Below, piece by piece: positions 38,704 through 47,955 of a stretch of 50,952 nt of DNA. The notes below the pieces were generated by a model. That model was not told the origin of the DNA and did no database searches. It saw only the letters and a program-made list of their open reading frames with translations. A program made the position numbers and the translations under genes. Within the stretch, counting starts at the first letter, position 1, and every line of letters starts with the position of its first letter. Location: assembly GCA_036559425.1 (NCBI GenBank), contig DATBTE010000389.1, positions 1-50,952 on the forward strand. Reading direction: 5' to 3'. Source of the stretch: Pseudobdellovibrionaceae bacterium (GTDB lineage Bacteria > Bdellovibrionota > Bdellovibrionia > Bdellovibrionales > Bdellovibrionaceae).

Positions 38704-39603
38704 ATGGGCACAGCTTATAAATATGACCAAAATGGCAACCCAATACCGGTTGGCGAAGTCATTAATGGAACTTATCAAGGAGCTTGGTTCGATACTCCTG
38801 AGCAAGCAAAATCTCCAGCGGTTTCAAACCTAGATAATGATTACAGCAAAGGCTACACTCGCGGTAAAAAAGAATTCTACGATGATCCTGACATGCAGGA
38901 TCTGAAAAAACGCAATGAAGATCTCGCAAAGGGCTATGATGGCAATACTCTCGGAGCAATCAGAGGTGAAGCCAGAGACCAGATCCAAGGTCAGAGATCA
39001 AACTACATGCGGCAGCTTCAAAGTCGAGTCGGCAAAGCTGGTATCGGTGGTGCAAGGGGTGCAGCGATGGCCGGGGCTGCTGACAAAGGCTTCATGGACT
39101 CAACGGCAAGTTCTGAAAGAAAGATGGCTATTGATAACTCGAACCTTCAGCGTGAAGGAACCGGAAAGCTCCAGGATTTCATCTTTAGACAGAAATATGG
39201 AACTCTCGGCTCAGCAATCGGCGAGCAACAGGCCGGGCTTGCAGAGCGTGGTAAATACGCAGCAGCCCAGGCGAATCAAAGCGGCGGCGGTGGTATGTCT
39301 TGGCTTTGCACTGAAATTGCTAAGAATGAAAATTGGACTATGTCAGATTTAAAGGCACTGAAAAAGCTTCTACTTTTCACTGAAAAACACGACAAAGAGG
39401 CTTCTGAGAGATACCAAAAAGATGCACCGACTTTGATTGCTATCATGAAAGACAAGTCTTTTGATTTTATGCGCCTTCAGCCTACGATTAAATGCATTAT
39501 TTCTCTTGTGAAGATTGGCCTTATAGAAATGGCCTACGAGAATTACAAAAATATGACGATGGATCTTGTAAATACTTACTGGGGTGATTATGGCAGAGCG
39601 TGA
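38704..39603 (+). CDS. Internal virion (ejection) protein with CFI-box-like C-terminal domain
   Basis: G/A/Q-rich helical body, GGGG linker, SWLCTE domain. Confidence 0.65.
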   Translation: MGTAYKYDQNGNPIPVGEVINGTYQGAWFDTPEQAKSPAVSNLDNDYSKGYTRGKKEFYDDPDMQDLKKRNEDLAKGYDGNTLGAIRGEARDQIQGQRSNYMRQLQSRVGKAGIGGARGAAMAGAADKGFMDSTASSERKMAIDNSNLQREGTGKLQDFIFRQKYGTLGSAIGEQQAGLAERGKYAAAQANQSGGGGMSWLCTEIAKNENWTMSDLKALKKLLLFTEKHDKEASERYQKDAPTLIAIMKDKSFDFMRLQPTIKCIISLVKIGLIEMAYENYKNMTMDLVNTYWGDYGRA

Positions 39604-41509
39604 TTATTTAGCAGAACTTTTACTTAATCAAAGACTTCCAGAGATCAACCTGGCTGATGAAGCCGTACAAAAAGTAAGAAACATGAAGGCAGCGGCGGCT
39701 CCTCCTCCGGTTGTTGCTCCAAGACCACGTCCTGCTGCTCCTGTTGATGATGGCGGTATCGATCTAAAGAAGATCGAAAGCCAAGCGATTTATCAGGCCG
39801 CGCTTCAAGCAAAGCAAAAAGCAGCGGTGGATAAGATAAGAGCAATGACTGCTAAGCCTTCTCCGACTCCAGTGCCTACGCCTACGCCACAAGTGACGCC
39901 AACTCCAGAGCCTCAAAAGAGTATGGTAAAAATGCCAGACGGAAATATGGCCCAAAGGGAAAATGAAATTGAAATTAGCGCTGATCCTCTGAATGAGGAA
40001 GATTGGATACAGCCTAAATCTACAGATCCAAAGTCTCTTTCGGCTAATCGAGATTCTTATAATGTAATCGGTTACAACCTCGATAAGACTATCAAGCAAC
40101 AAGATGCTTTAGTCGGACGCGCTGAAATGGCGCGAAAGCCCTACGTTGATAGACTCGAGAAAATGGTTGATGCATACATGCAACCCGTACCAAAGTTTCA
40201 ATCTTCATACGATGAGTATGCAAAGAAAATGCTTGAGCAAGAAGCGACAGAGAAGAGAGTAGCGCGTCCTGATTTTCAACCTCCGCAAAGGCAAGAAGAA
40301 GAAGATATTTTAACTAAAGCAATTTACGCTTTCGGTCCAGGTCTGGGCGCTATGGCCCTGGGCGAAGACGCGGCGCTTGCGGCCCCTACAGCGCAGAAGC
40401 AAGCCTATGCGCTTCGTGCTTCTGACATCGCTCAGAAAAACAAAGAGTATGACCAAGAGCTTGCGGCTTATAGAGCAAATGCAGTCAGAGAAAAAGAAAA
40501 GGGAGTTAATAGCTCTCTTCGTGGAATTGCTCTTAAACTTCTCGCTGAAGGTGAAAGAGACGATTTCAATAAACAGCAAGACACTCAAGACAAGCGAATG
40601 GGTGAAGCTACGAAGATCTTGTCAGGGCTTTCTGCTGATGAATCCAAGCGCCTTGATGCTGCAATTCAGGATCGGCAGGAACTGCTAAAGGCGAATGTCG
40701 ATAAAGGTCTGATTTCTGTAAAAGACTATCAGGATCATGTTGAAAAATTAGCGGCATTTCAAAATCAAAAAGATATCGCTGATGCAAATCGCGATGCTCA
40801 AAATAAACGTCTTGATATTGAAGAGGCTGGAAGAAATCAGCGTGCCAAAGAGTCCAATGCTACAATGCTGAAAGCCACCGGAATGAGGGGTGATGCTCAG
40901 GCGAATGTTGCTGGAATTCGGGCAGCGGCGAAAGGTTCTAAAACAGGCGGAAAACCTTTAACCATAAGCGCTGCTGAAAGCATGTCTAATGCAAACACTG
41001 CATTGTCTTCGCTGGAAGATATCAATTCAATTGTAACCAAAAATCCTGAAATGTTCGGTAAAGGTCAGAATATCTTAAATCAGATCGCAATTGCGACAGG
41101 CATGGGTGATACTGGCACAAAGGCCGCATCCATTGATGCGGAACTAGGAGCCATAGCTCAGCGTATCGGTGTTTATCTTGAGGGTGGAAAGCTTGCTGAA
41201 GGAGACATCAAGCGGTATCGCAAAATGCTTCCAGAGCTTGGTGATAAGCCTGAAATTGTCCAAAATAAAATTGCATCTCTCAAAAGGTTGTTGGAACAGA
41301 AACATAACAACGATTTAGAGTCATATAGAGCTTCAGGATATGATGTTTCAAGATTTGAACGAAAGCAAATTAGCGCAGGAATCACCGAAGGCGTTGGAAA
41401 GAAAAACGAGCCTGGTAAGTTTCCGATGACAGTCAGAAAAGGCACTCAGTCTACAACGGTCGAAAATATCAAAGAACTCGTTGAAGCCAGAAAAGAAGGG
41501 TGGAAGTAA
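39590..41509 (+). CDS. Internal virion (ejection) protein
   Basis: Helical, PT-rich linker, GGKLAEGDIKRYRKMLP..D motif. Confidence 0.65.
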   Translation: MAERDYLAELLLNQRLPEINLADEAVQKVRNMKAAAAPPPVVAPRPRPAAPVDDGGIDLKKIESQAIYQAALQAKQKAAVDKIRAMTAKPSPTPVPTPTPQVTPTPEPQKSMVKMPDGNMAQRENEIEISADPLNEEDWIQPKSTDPKSLSANRDSYNVIGYNLDKTIKQQDALVGRAEMARKPYVDRLEKMVDAYMQPVPKFQSSYDEYAKKMLEQEATEKRVARPDFQPPQRQEEEDILTKAIYAFGPGLGAMALGEDAALAAPTAQKQAYALRASDIAQKNKEYDQELAAYRANAVREKEKGVNSSLRGIALKLLAEGERDDFNKQQDTQDKRMGEATKILSGLSADESKRLDAAIQDRQELLKANVDKGLISVKDYQDHVEKLAAFQNQKDIADANRDAQNKRLDIEEAGRNQRAKESNATMLKATGMRGDAQANVAGIRAAAKGSKTGGKPLTISAAESMSNANTALSSLEDINSIVTKNPEMFGKGQNILNQIAIATGMGDTGTKAASIDAELGAIAQRIGVYLEGGKLAEGDIKRYRKMLPELGDKPEIVQNKIASLKRLLEQKHNNDLESYRASGYDVSRFERKQISAGITEGVGKKNEPGKFPMTVRKGTQSTTVENIKELVEARKEGWK

Positions 41510-43107
41510 TGGGATGGAGAGACCGGATTCAAGATGAAGCTCCAGCGCCAACAAAGTCCACTTGGAAAGATCGGGTTCAAGACGAATATAAACCAGATCT
41601 TTCGGAGTTGATGAATTACGAAGATCCAAGCAAGAAAGATTATCCTGGCACAGTTCGCGGAGCTATAAAAGCTCTTCCGCTTGCAGGGACGGTAGCAGGT
41701 GGCGCTTTTGGAACAGTGGCAGGTGGTCCACTTGGTCCATTGTCTGGTCCGGTTGGAGCTGGGCTTGGCGGTGCAGCAGGTAAGTCGGTAGAGAATATTC
41801 TTGATCATTATCTTTATGGAGACGAAAAATCATATAACGATATTTTGGTAGATCCTGCGAAAGAGGCTCTGAACTCGAGTACAATGGAAATGCTAGGTCC
41901 AGTAACAGGAGAATTAGGCAACCTTGGAGTTAAAGGACTAAAAAACGTATCATCATCAATGTCTAAAATTCCAAAGCGTGCAATGGAAGTATATGCAGAG
42001 CGAGGGCCGGAAGTAGCAAAAATTTCTGCAAAGTCTGAGAATGATTTAGCTGAAGGCGCAGACCAAATTCGACAAGATATTCAGAAAAGTGTTGGATCTT
42101 TTAAATCTCAGCAGAATGCGAATATATCTAACTCACTTGACGCCAATGGCAGACAAGTTGTCGATATGTCTGGGACCATCAATGCGCTTGAAGAAAATAA
42201 GGCGAAACTAAATCCAATTATCAATGCTGATAAAATCGGAAAAATACAAAATCAGATCGATTTAATTAAACGCGTAGGGATGGACACGAAAGACGGGAAA
42301 TTCATTATGCTAGCGCGTGATGCTTACGACGTGCAAAAGCATCTTCAGGACCAAGCTGAATATTTGGCTCCTGGTCAGCTATTTAAGAAAAAAGATTTTG
42401 TCGATATTACTTTCCAGCGTGCAGCTTCTAGGGCAAGACAAGCTGTTGGTAGTGCAGCTCCTGAAATTTCAGCAGCAAACGCAGAACTAGGAAAAGTTCG
42501 CCGTATGGAAGGAAATATCAATAAAAACCTTATTGCTCCCGATAAGCCCTATGCTGGTTTAATTTCAGCAGGAACCGGCGAAAATCAAATAAATCGAAGA
42601 AATCTTCAGCGCATCGGTGACGCCGTCGGCGCTGATTTTGTTCCGGAAGCGGAAAATTTAGCGGCAGCTCATCACTTTAATGACGCTGGTTTCCTGCCAA
42701 AAGTACAAAATGGAGCTTCAATGGCGCCTTTGATTGCAGGAACTGGTGGAATTGGTGAGCTTGTTAGAGGTGATGTCAGGACTGGCCTTTCAAGTCTGGC
42801 CCTTGGTGCGATGGGCTCACCTATAGCTATCAAGTCAGCGATTGATACAGCAAGAGTTGCTAAGCAGGTGGCCCCTATAGGTGTAGGTAATGCAATGCAA
42901 AGCATTCCGCAATTCTTGCAACACTCACTAGGGCAAGAGCCAGAGATCGAAGGTTACAAGATGGGTGACACAATTAAATTGGATCTAGCCACCGATGCGC
43001 AGAATTTTGAGAATGAAATCAAAAATGATCCTAAATTGCCACCTACGCAAAAAGCAAAGAGACTCAACCTTTTGCGCAAGCATGGGCGAATTTATATTGG
43101 GAATTGA
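41509..43107 (+). CDS. Internal virion (ejection) protein with glycine zipper
   Basis: Duplicated W(R/K)DR.QDE N-terminus; GTVAGGAFG..GAGLGGAAG. Confidence 0.65.
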   Translation: MGWRDRIQDEAPAPTKSTWKDRVQDEYKPDLSELMNYEDPSKKDYPGTVRGAIKALPLAGTVAGGAFGTVAGGPLGPLSGPVGAGLGGAAGKSVENILDHYLYGDEKSYNDILVDPAKEALNSSTMEMLGPVTGELGNLGVKGLKNVSSSMSKIPKRAMEVYAERGPEVAKISAKSENDLAEGADQIRQDIQKSVGSFKSQQNANISNSLDANGRQVVDMSGTINALEENKAKLNPIINADKIGKIQNQIDLIKRVGMDTKDGKFIMLARDAYDVQKHLQDQAEYLAPGQLFKKKDFVDITFQRAASRARQAVGSAAPEISAANAELGKVRRMEGNINKNLIAPDKPYAGLISAGTGENQINRRNLQRIGDAVGADFVPEAENLAAAHHFNDAGFLPKVQNGASMAPLIAGTGGIGELVRGDVRTGLSSLALGAMGSPIAIKSAIDTARVAKQVAPIGVGNAMQSIPQFLQHSLGQEPEIEGYKMGDTIKLDLATDAQNFENEIKNDPKLPPTQKAKRLNLLRKHGRIYIGN

Positions 43108-43316
43108 TCATCGACTGGGGCCGGGGCCCCTTTGATCATCAGGAATAAGCGAGGAACAATTTTCACGGCGCTATATACGAAAAAAATAAATGCTGCTATG
43201 GCTGAAAGATAATACATGAATTTATCGAAAGCGGCGCTGTCGAACGGCTTTTCTTCGCTTTTCGATTTGCCGTAAGTGTCCATAAGGTCTTTGGTGGTTA
43301 AAAAGCGTTTGCTCAT
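43092..43316 (-). CDS. Small single-TM protein (superinfection-exclusion candidate)
   Basis: SD GGAGG before ATG 43316; TM YYLSAIAAFIFFVYSAV. Confidence 0.6.
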   Translation of the reverse strand: MSKRFLTTKDLMDTYGKSKSEEKPFDSAAFDKFMYYLSAIAAFIFFVYSAVKIVPRLFLMIKGAPAPVDDQFPI

Positions 43317-43373
43317 GATTCCTCCAGGGCGGAGGCATATCATAATTACATGGGCATTTATAGACTGTTGCAA

Positions 43374-43907
43374 TTATTTCACAACTCGATCAAGGAATGA
43401 CTTTGATTTCACGCTAGCAGGCACTCTCTTGCTAGCGGCTTCGATCTTGCTCAGGATATTGCAGTTTTTATCTTCAAGGTAAGATGCTGTTTTTATAGTT
43501 GAATTTCCCGATATTGGAGAGAGGGAAAACTTAACAGATTTGTCATAGTTTTGAATCAAAAGCTTTCCATTCATAGCTGAAATATAAAGATCCTCTTGCT
43601 TAATACGATCGCAGGTATCGTAACTATATTTAATATGGAAAACGTCCCCTTCTCTAGTGAAAGTACCGATGGATTTTCTCATTACCGCTTTCATTGAGTT
43701 TCCATCAGACTCCAGGTACCCGTCTTGAAATTCAATGTTTCCATTGCTTTGAATATTAACAATGAATCCTGTTGCACTGTATTGGGTTGATCCTACTTTT
43801 TCATAATACCATTCGCCATAAATAGGATCTGCCGTTGCCGCTGAATTATCACCGCCATTTTTACATGCTGAAAGAACAAAGATTAGCGCTAGGATTGTGT
43901 ATTTCAT
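43374..43907 (-). CDS. Lipoprotein with lipocalin-like beta fold
   Basis: Lipobox LSAC; IYGEW; SD AGGGG; AT-rich. Confidence 0.75.
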   Translation of the reverse strand: MKYTILALIFVLSACKNGGDNSAATADPIYGEWYYEKVGSTQYSATGFIVNIQSNGNIEFQDGYLESDGNSMKAVMRKSIGTFTREGDVFHIKYSYDTCDRIKQEDLYISAMNGKLLIQNYDKSVKFSLSPISGNSTIKTASYLEDKNCNILSKIEAASKRVPASVKSKSFLDRVVK

Positions 43908-43957
43908 TTAAACCCCTTTGTCTTATAAACATCGGGTGTTTAGATTGAAACTTTAGT

Positions 43958-44170
43958 TTATTTCACGCGGAAAAGATCGGTCTCTTTAACGCGCAGACAT
44001 TTAGAAAGCGCCTGTATCACTTTGAGCCGTGGCCAGGACTTTCCAGCCTCCAACATCTGAATATACCTGGGGGAGCAATCGACTGCCTCCGCTAGCTCTT
44101 CCTGAGTGAGTTTTCTCTTCTGCCTTAAACGCTTGAGATTGCTGCTAAAAACAAGTTGAATTGACTGCAT
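43958..44170 (-). CDS. XRE HTH regulator (C-protein-like)
   Basis: NLKRLR...LTQEELAE.VDCSPRYIQMLEAG..P. Confidence 0.9.
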   Translation of the reverse strand: MQSIQLVFSSNLKRLRQKRKLTQEELAEAVDCSPRYIQMLEAGKSWPRLKVIQALSKCLRVKETDLFRVK

Positions 44171-44185
44171 CCATTCATTCTGAGG

Positions 44186-44222
44186 CGAAAGCTAACTTCG
44201 TAACACGAAGGCTAATTTCGTG
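44186..44222. promoter_or_regulatory. Tandem palindromic operators upstream of the XRE gene
   Basis: CGAA-AGCTAAC-TTCG (44186) and CGAA-GGCTAAT-TTCG (44206), 20 bp apart. Confidence 0.65.
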
Positions 44223-44337
44223 TGAAATGATTACATAAATAGATATGATTTAGAAATAGTGTTCGATTTATAAGCAAAATCTGATAGACAGGGCCCAAGT
44301 CAAAACTAGATTGAATGCAGTACGTTACAGGAGTGGT

Positions 44338-44517
44338 ATGAGTGACTTGGAGCGGGCCAAAAGGCTGGCCTATGAGCTATTTTGTGAGCTTGACCGGATT
44401 GGCAAGATTATCCAAGACTCCAGAACTAGGCCTGAGGGCCGTTTCAGTGAAACCAAGGACAGACCTAAGTTGATCCTCATTAAGGGCGTTGAGGTTGACC
44501 ATAATCTGACCGAGTAG
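44338..44517 (+). CDS. Small protein antisense-overlapping cI (antirepressor candidate)
   Basis: SD AGGAG before ATG 44338; 141-bp convergent overlap with cI. Confidence 0.45.
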   Translation: MSDLERAKRLAYELFCELDRIGKIIQDSRTRPEGRFSETKDRPKLILIKGVEVDHNLTE

Positions 44518-44784
44518 CTCGGTTTTTGATTCTTGCGGTTTTTCTGTAGCAAACAGGTCCGTTTTGTCTGACATATTCACTGACTTCAAGAATTCTGTCG
44601 TCACGCCTAGAGCTTTAGCTAAATCTGGTAATATGTCGGATTTAACTATAGATCTATGTCCCTTTATTAGCCGATTTAGATTCTGATAGTTAATCTTAGC
44701 ATCTTTGGCTAATTGACGTTGAGAAATATTTTTCTCATCCATCAGCTTGAAAATTTTACTAATCACAATTTTATCAATATCCAC
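44377..44784 (-). CDS. CI-like repressor lacking an S24 peptidase domain
   Basis: N-terminal XRE HTH (ISQRQLAKDAKINYQNLNRL..LAKALGVT); divergent from cro. Confidence 0.85.
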   Translation of the reverse strand: MDIDKIVISKIFKLMDEKNISQRQLAKDAKINYQNLNRLIKGHRSIVKSDILPDLAKALGVTTEFLKSVNMSDKTDLFATEKPQESKTELLGQIMVNLNALNEDQLRSVLGFTETALRPSSGVLDNLANPVKLTK

Positions 44785-44792
44785 GCTTACTT

Positions 44793-44875
44793 ATCCTAAC
44801 ATTACTACGCGTCAAACGAGTATTTGGTGTTATGGCTAATATTTGTTGACAGTATTTCGAATTATGGCTAATACT
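44793..44875. promoter_or_regulatory. cI/cro divergent promoter-operator region
   Basis: AGTATTT-N4-TTATGGCTAATA at 44819 and 44851; TTGACA at 44846; minus-strand extended -10 TGTTAGGAT at 44801-44793. Confidence 0.75.
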
Positions 44876-44892
44876 CATTAGCAGAGGTAGCG

Positions 44893-45087
44893 ATGAATTT
44901 GAGTAGAATTAGAGACGAAATTGATAAAAGGGGCATAAAGCACCGATGGCTGGCAAAGCAAATAGGTGTGCACCCAACGACTTTAAGTCGCTTCCTTTGT
45001 GGAAAAATAGGGTTGGCAGAAGAAGCTCAAGAGAAGCTCTTCCGAATTCTAAAACTAAAACCAGAGGACGTAACTAAAGTCTCCTGA
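44893..45087 (+). CDS. Cro-like HTH protein
   Basis: GIKHRWLAKQIGVHPTTLSRFLCG; SD GAGGT. Confidence 0.85.
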   Translation: MNLSRIRDEIDKRGIKHRWLAKQIGVHPTTLSRFLCGKIGLAEEAQEKLFRILKLKPEDVTKVS

Positions 45088-45221
45088 TCCCTTAGAGGGC
45101 CCGTTGGCGCGGACCTTCTGTAGGAACCACGACGCTTACAATGGATTACGGAAATTTTGAATTGATTTAGCGAAACTTGAAAATTTTGCATAGGCATTGG
45201 TTTGCCTGGAGGAGTGAGAGA

Positions 45222-45410
45222 ATGAGTTACCCAATGGTTGGATGCGGAAAATTTGACGAGCGGGCAAGTCGAATTGCTAATCTGGCTTACGACTATTTGA
45301 ACTTAGCTCAGACCTTGAAAATCTCTCATGAGCGCAGAAAGCACTACTATTCTCGCTATCACAAGCTTTTAAACGCGCGTTTTGACCACATCAGAGGTGT
45401 TTATGCATAA
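45222..45410 (+). CDS. Phage hypothetical protein
   Basis: SD GGAGGAG before ATG 45222. Confidence 0.65.
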   Translation: MSYPMVGCGKFDERASRIANLAYDYLNLAQTLKISHERRKHYYSRYHKLLNARFDHIRGVYA

Positions 45411-45657
45411 AAACTACTACCGCTACACATTCGAGAAATTCGACAAGGACGGCAATCCAACGATCCAATGCAACTATGACATCACTGGAAAAATTGGCGA
45501 GATTTTTGTGTATTCCGGCGAAGTCGATGAAATGGTGAAAGTTGACCTCGAGGTTTTCGAGCGCCGTCATGTTTCTAAATTCGCGGAATTGCAGACTGAA
45601 GTTTATTTAATAGTTAAAGATCAGGATTTTATTTCATCCGTTAGATACGGGACATAG
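45403..45657 (+). CDS. Phage hypothetical protein
   Basis: SD GAGGTG before ATG 45403. Confidence 0.65.
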   Translation: MHKNYYRYTFEKFDKDGNPTIQCNYDITGKIGEIFVYSGEVDEMVKVDLEVFERRHVSKFAELQTEVYLIVKDQDFISSVRYGT

Positions 45658-45665
45658 GTGGCAAG

Positions 45666-46625
45666 ATGAGCAACATCACTCTTTTCGAAAAAACAAAGTC
45701 ACTCATTCATGCGCAGGCCAAGAAATTTCTTGAGCTTGCAAAATCCCATAAGGCCGTAAATTTTGAACAGGAAGCAAGCTTTGCACTTCAGGCTTTGCAG
45801 GCAAATAATTTTCTAGCATCCACGGCGGCAAATAATCCTAACTCTTTGATTGATGCTATTCACAATGTGGCAAGCATCGGTCTCTCTTTAAACCCAGCTT
45901 TGAAGCACGCTTACTTAGTCCCTCGAGACGGCAAAGTTTGTCTGGATTTTGATTATCGAGGTCTGGCTCACCTGTCCTATGAATCGGGTGCTGTGAAGTT
46001 TGTGCAGGCTGAAATCGTTTATGAAAACGACAGGTTTGTGCTACGCGGGCGCGGACAAGAACCAATTCACGAGCGTGACCCCTTTAGTCAAGATCGTGGA
46101 GGAGTTAGAGGTGCATATACTATTGCTAAGACAGTTGATGGTGATTTTTTGGTTGAGACAATGACTATTGCTGAGATCTACGCGATTCGCAACAATACGC
46201 AGGCCTACAAAGCTTTTCTAGATAAAAAAACGAAGTCTTGCCCTTGGGTTTCGCACGAAGGGGAAATGATCAAAAAAACCGTTATTCGCAGGGCCTCGAA
46301 AATGTGGCCTAAATCAAATGCCGGGCGGTTTGAAAAGGCCATGCAGGTTCAAGATGAAGTTGAAATGATTGACGTCACTCCGCAAAGCAAAGAACCAGAA
46401 AAGCCAGATGAATCACCAAAGAAACTTGAAGAAATCAGGCAGCTTTTGACTGCGATTGATCGCTCAGAGGAGAAGTATCTTGGACATCTTGAGCGCGTGC
46501 ATAAACGCGATTTAAAGACCTTGGAAGATCTTTCAATGGCTGAAATTGAACAAGCATTAATTGAACTTTATCAAATTTCATCAAAGGCAAATAAAAAACC
46601 GGAGAATAAAAATGAAGTCGCTTAA
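45666..46625 (+). CDS. recT: RecT-family single-strand annealing protein
   Basis: GLSLNP..AYLVP..DYRGL; VYEND.F; W...EM.KKTVIRR. Confidence 0.92.
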   Translation: MSNITLFEKTKSLIHAQAKKFLELAKSHKAVNFEQEASFALQALQANNFLASTAANNPNSLIDAIHNVASIGLSLNPALKHAYLVPRDGKVCLDFDYRGLAHLSYESGAVKFVQAEIVYENDRFVLRGRGQEPIHERDPFSQDRGGVRGAYTIAKTVDGDFLVETMTIAEIYAIRNNTQAYKAFLDKKTKSCPWVSHEGEMIKKTVIRRASKMWPKSNAGRFEKAMQVQDEVEMIDVTPQSKEPEKPDESPKKLEEIRQLLTAIDRSEEKYLGHLERVHKRDLKTLEDLSMAEIEQALIELYQISSKANKKPENKNEVA

Positions 46626-47328
46626 AGACGTTGAATCACAAATTAAAACTTTCCAGGATAAATTTGGCACTGACATTATGCGTGCTGAACAGGGCTCTAT
46701 GGCGTGGCTTCAAACTCGCCTGGGTGTTATCACTGCGAGTGAAGTGAGTGCTGCGGTGGCAAAAATAGGATCTGAAACCCGCAATACTTATATGTGTCAA
46801 TTGGTGGCTGAAGTAGCCACTGGCATGGTCGAGGAAATCAATTCAAAGTATATGGACTGGGGCAAGCTGAATGAAGATGCTGCCCGCTCAAGTTATGAGT
46901 TTGCAAATGACACTGTGATTGAGCAAGTAAATTTCATTTTCAAAGACGATACTTTTCGGGAAGGCGCATCTATTGACGGATTCGTAAGCGGGCAGAAAAA
47001 GCTAGTGGAAATCAAGTGCCCTTACAATCCTACAAATTATATCAAATTTATTGTGGCTGACAAAATCAAAGCCGAATACCAATGGCAATATCAGTTTCAA
47101 ATGCGAGTGACGGGTGCTGAGACCGCTGATTTCGTTCAATACGATCCACGCATGATTGTTCAACCGATTAAGGTTTTAAAAGTTGAGCGTGATGACGAAT
47201 ATCAAAAGAAGTTTGATGAATTGATTCCTGCATTTCTTCATGACATGGATTCGATGTTGAAACTAATTGGCATTGAATATGGTGATCAGTGGAAGCGCAT
47301 TGCCGAAATGACGCCTAAAATAGCATGA
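46612..47328 (+). CDS. YqaJ/lambda-exonuclease family
   Basis: EQGS..W...RLG.ITASE, WGK..E..AR, ASIDG, EIKCP, QYQFQM. Confidence 0.92.
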   Translation: MKSLKDVESQIKTFQDKFGTDIMRAEQGSMAWLQTRLGVITASEVSAAVAKIGSETRNTYMCQLVAEVATGMVEEINSKYMDWGKLNEDAARSSYEFANDTVIEQVNFIFKDDTFREGASIDGFVSGQKKLVEIKCPYNPTNYIKFIVADKIKAEYQWQYQFQMRVTGAETADFVQYDPRMIVQPIKVLKVERDDEYQKKFDELIPAFLHDMDSMLKLIGIEYGDQWKRIAEMTPKIA

Positions 47329-47510
47329 CCCTATTCACCATCTTCCGCAAACTCGACGCTCCCACGATCTGCAAAGATTGCTTTAAGCCCATAGAGCCAA
47401 GGCCAAAGAGTGAGCCACGTTTGTGTGATGACTGCGCGGAAGTGGATCGGAAATATGATGAGATTATGGGGAAAGAGAAACCTGAATTTTATAAGATGCG
47501 GAGGAATTGA
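47325..47510 (+). CDS. Small zinc-finger protein
   Basis: CKDC...CDDC; ATGA overlap. Confidence 0.7.
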   Translation: MTLFTIFRKLDAPTICKDCFKPIEPRPKSEPRLCDDCAEVDRKYDEIMGKEKPEFYKMRRN

Positions 47511-47713
47511 GCATGACTAAACTACAAACCGAAGTATTAAAATTCCACACTGATTTTGAGGCACGCTATGCGGAGTTAGAGGCGGCATACAAAGATAAGT
47601 CGTATGATCAGACTTCCTCGCTAGCGGCTGGCATTGTGGGCTTTACGAAAGCGAGAGCGGATTGGCTGAAGCGTGAAGTTGAGATTGATATTGCTTTTAG
47701 CGAGAAAGAATAG
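47507..47713 (+). CDS. Phage hypothetical protein
   Basis: SD GGAGGA; coupled. Confidence 0.65.
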   Translation: MSMTKLQTEVLKFHTDFEARYAELEAAYKDKSYDQTSSLAAGIVGFTKARADWLKREVEIDIAFSEKE

Positions 47714-47715
47714 GC

Positions 47716-47913
47716 GGTGCTCCCGATGCCAATTCGGGGGAATTTGAAGGAGTCACTCAAGCCACTGATACGCAGGTGGTCCGCGTATGGAACCCATAAT
47801 TAGCTTGGGAATTTGAGTGATTCCTTGAGATTAAAGCACCAGGAAGCCCGCTGAATTGCGGAATGGGTTCGTGAGTCGATCAAGATGATGAGACTTAGTT
47901 CAAGCGGGTTTTT
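47716..47913 (+). ncRNA. Candidate two-domain structured RNA
   Basis: 15-bp stem 47747-47761/47812-47826, outer GGTGCT/AGCACC, second junction closed by 47842-47855/47899-47913. Confidence 0.55.
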
Positions 47914-47955
47914 GGGTGTGAGCTTTATGGGATTGTAATTACAGAGGAGTGAAGT

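Noticed and set aside
44186-44220. LexA/SOS boxes
   Set aside because: CGAA-N7-TTCG spacing does not match the GAAC-N4-GTTC or CTG-N10-CAG boxes; better explained as XRE operators
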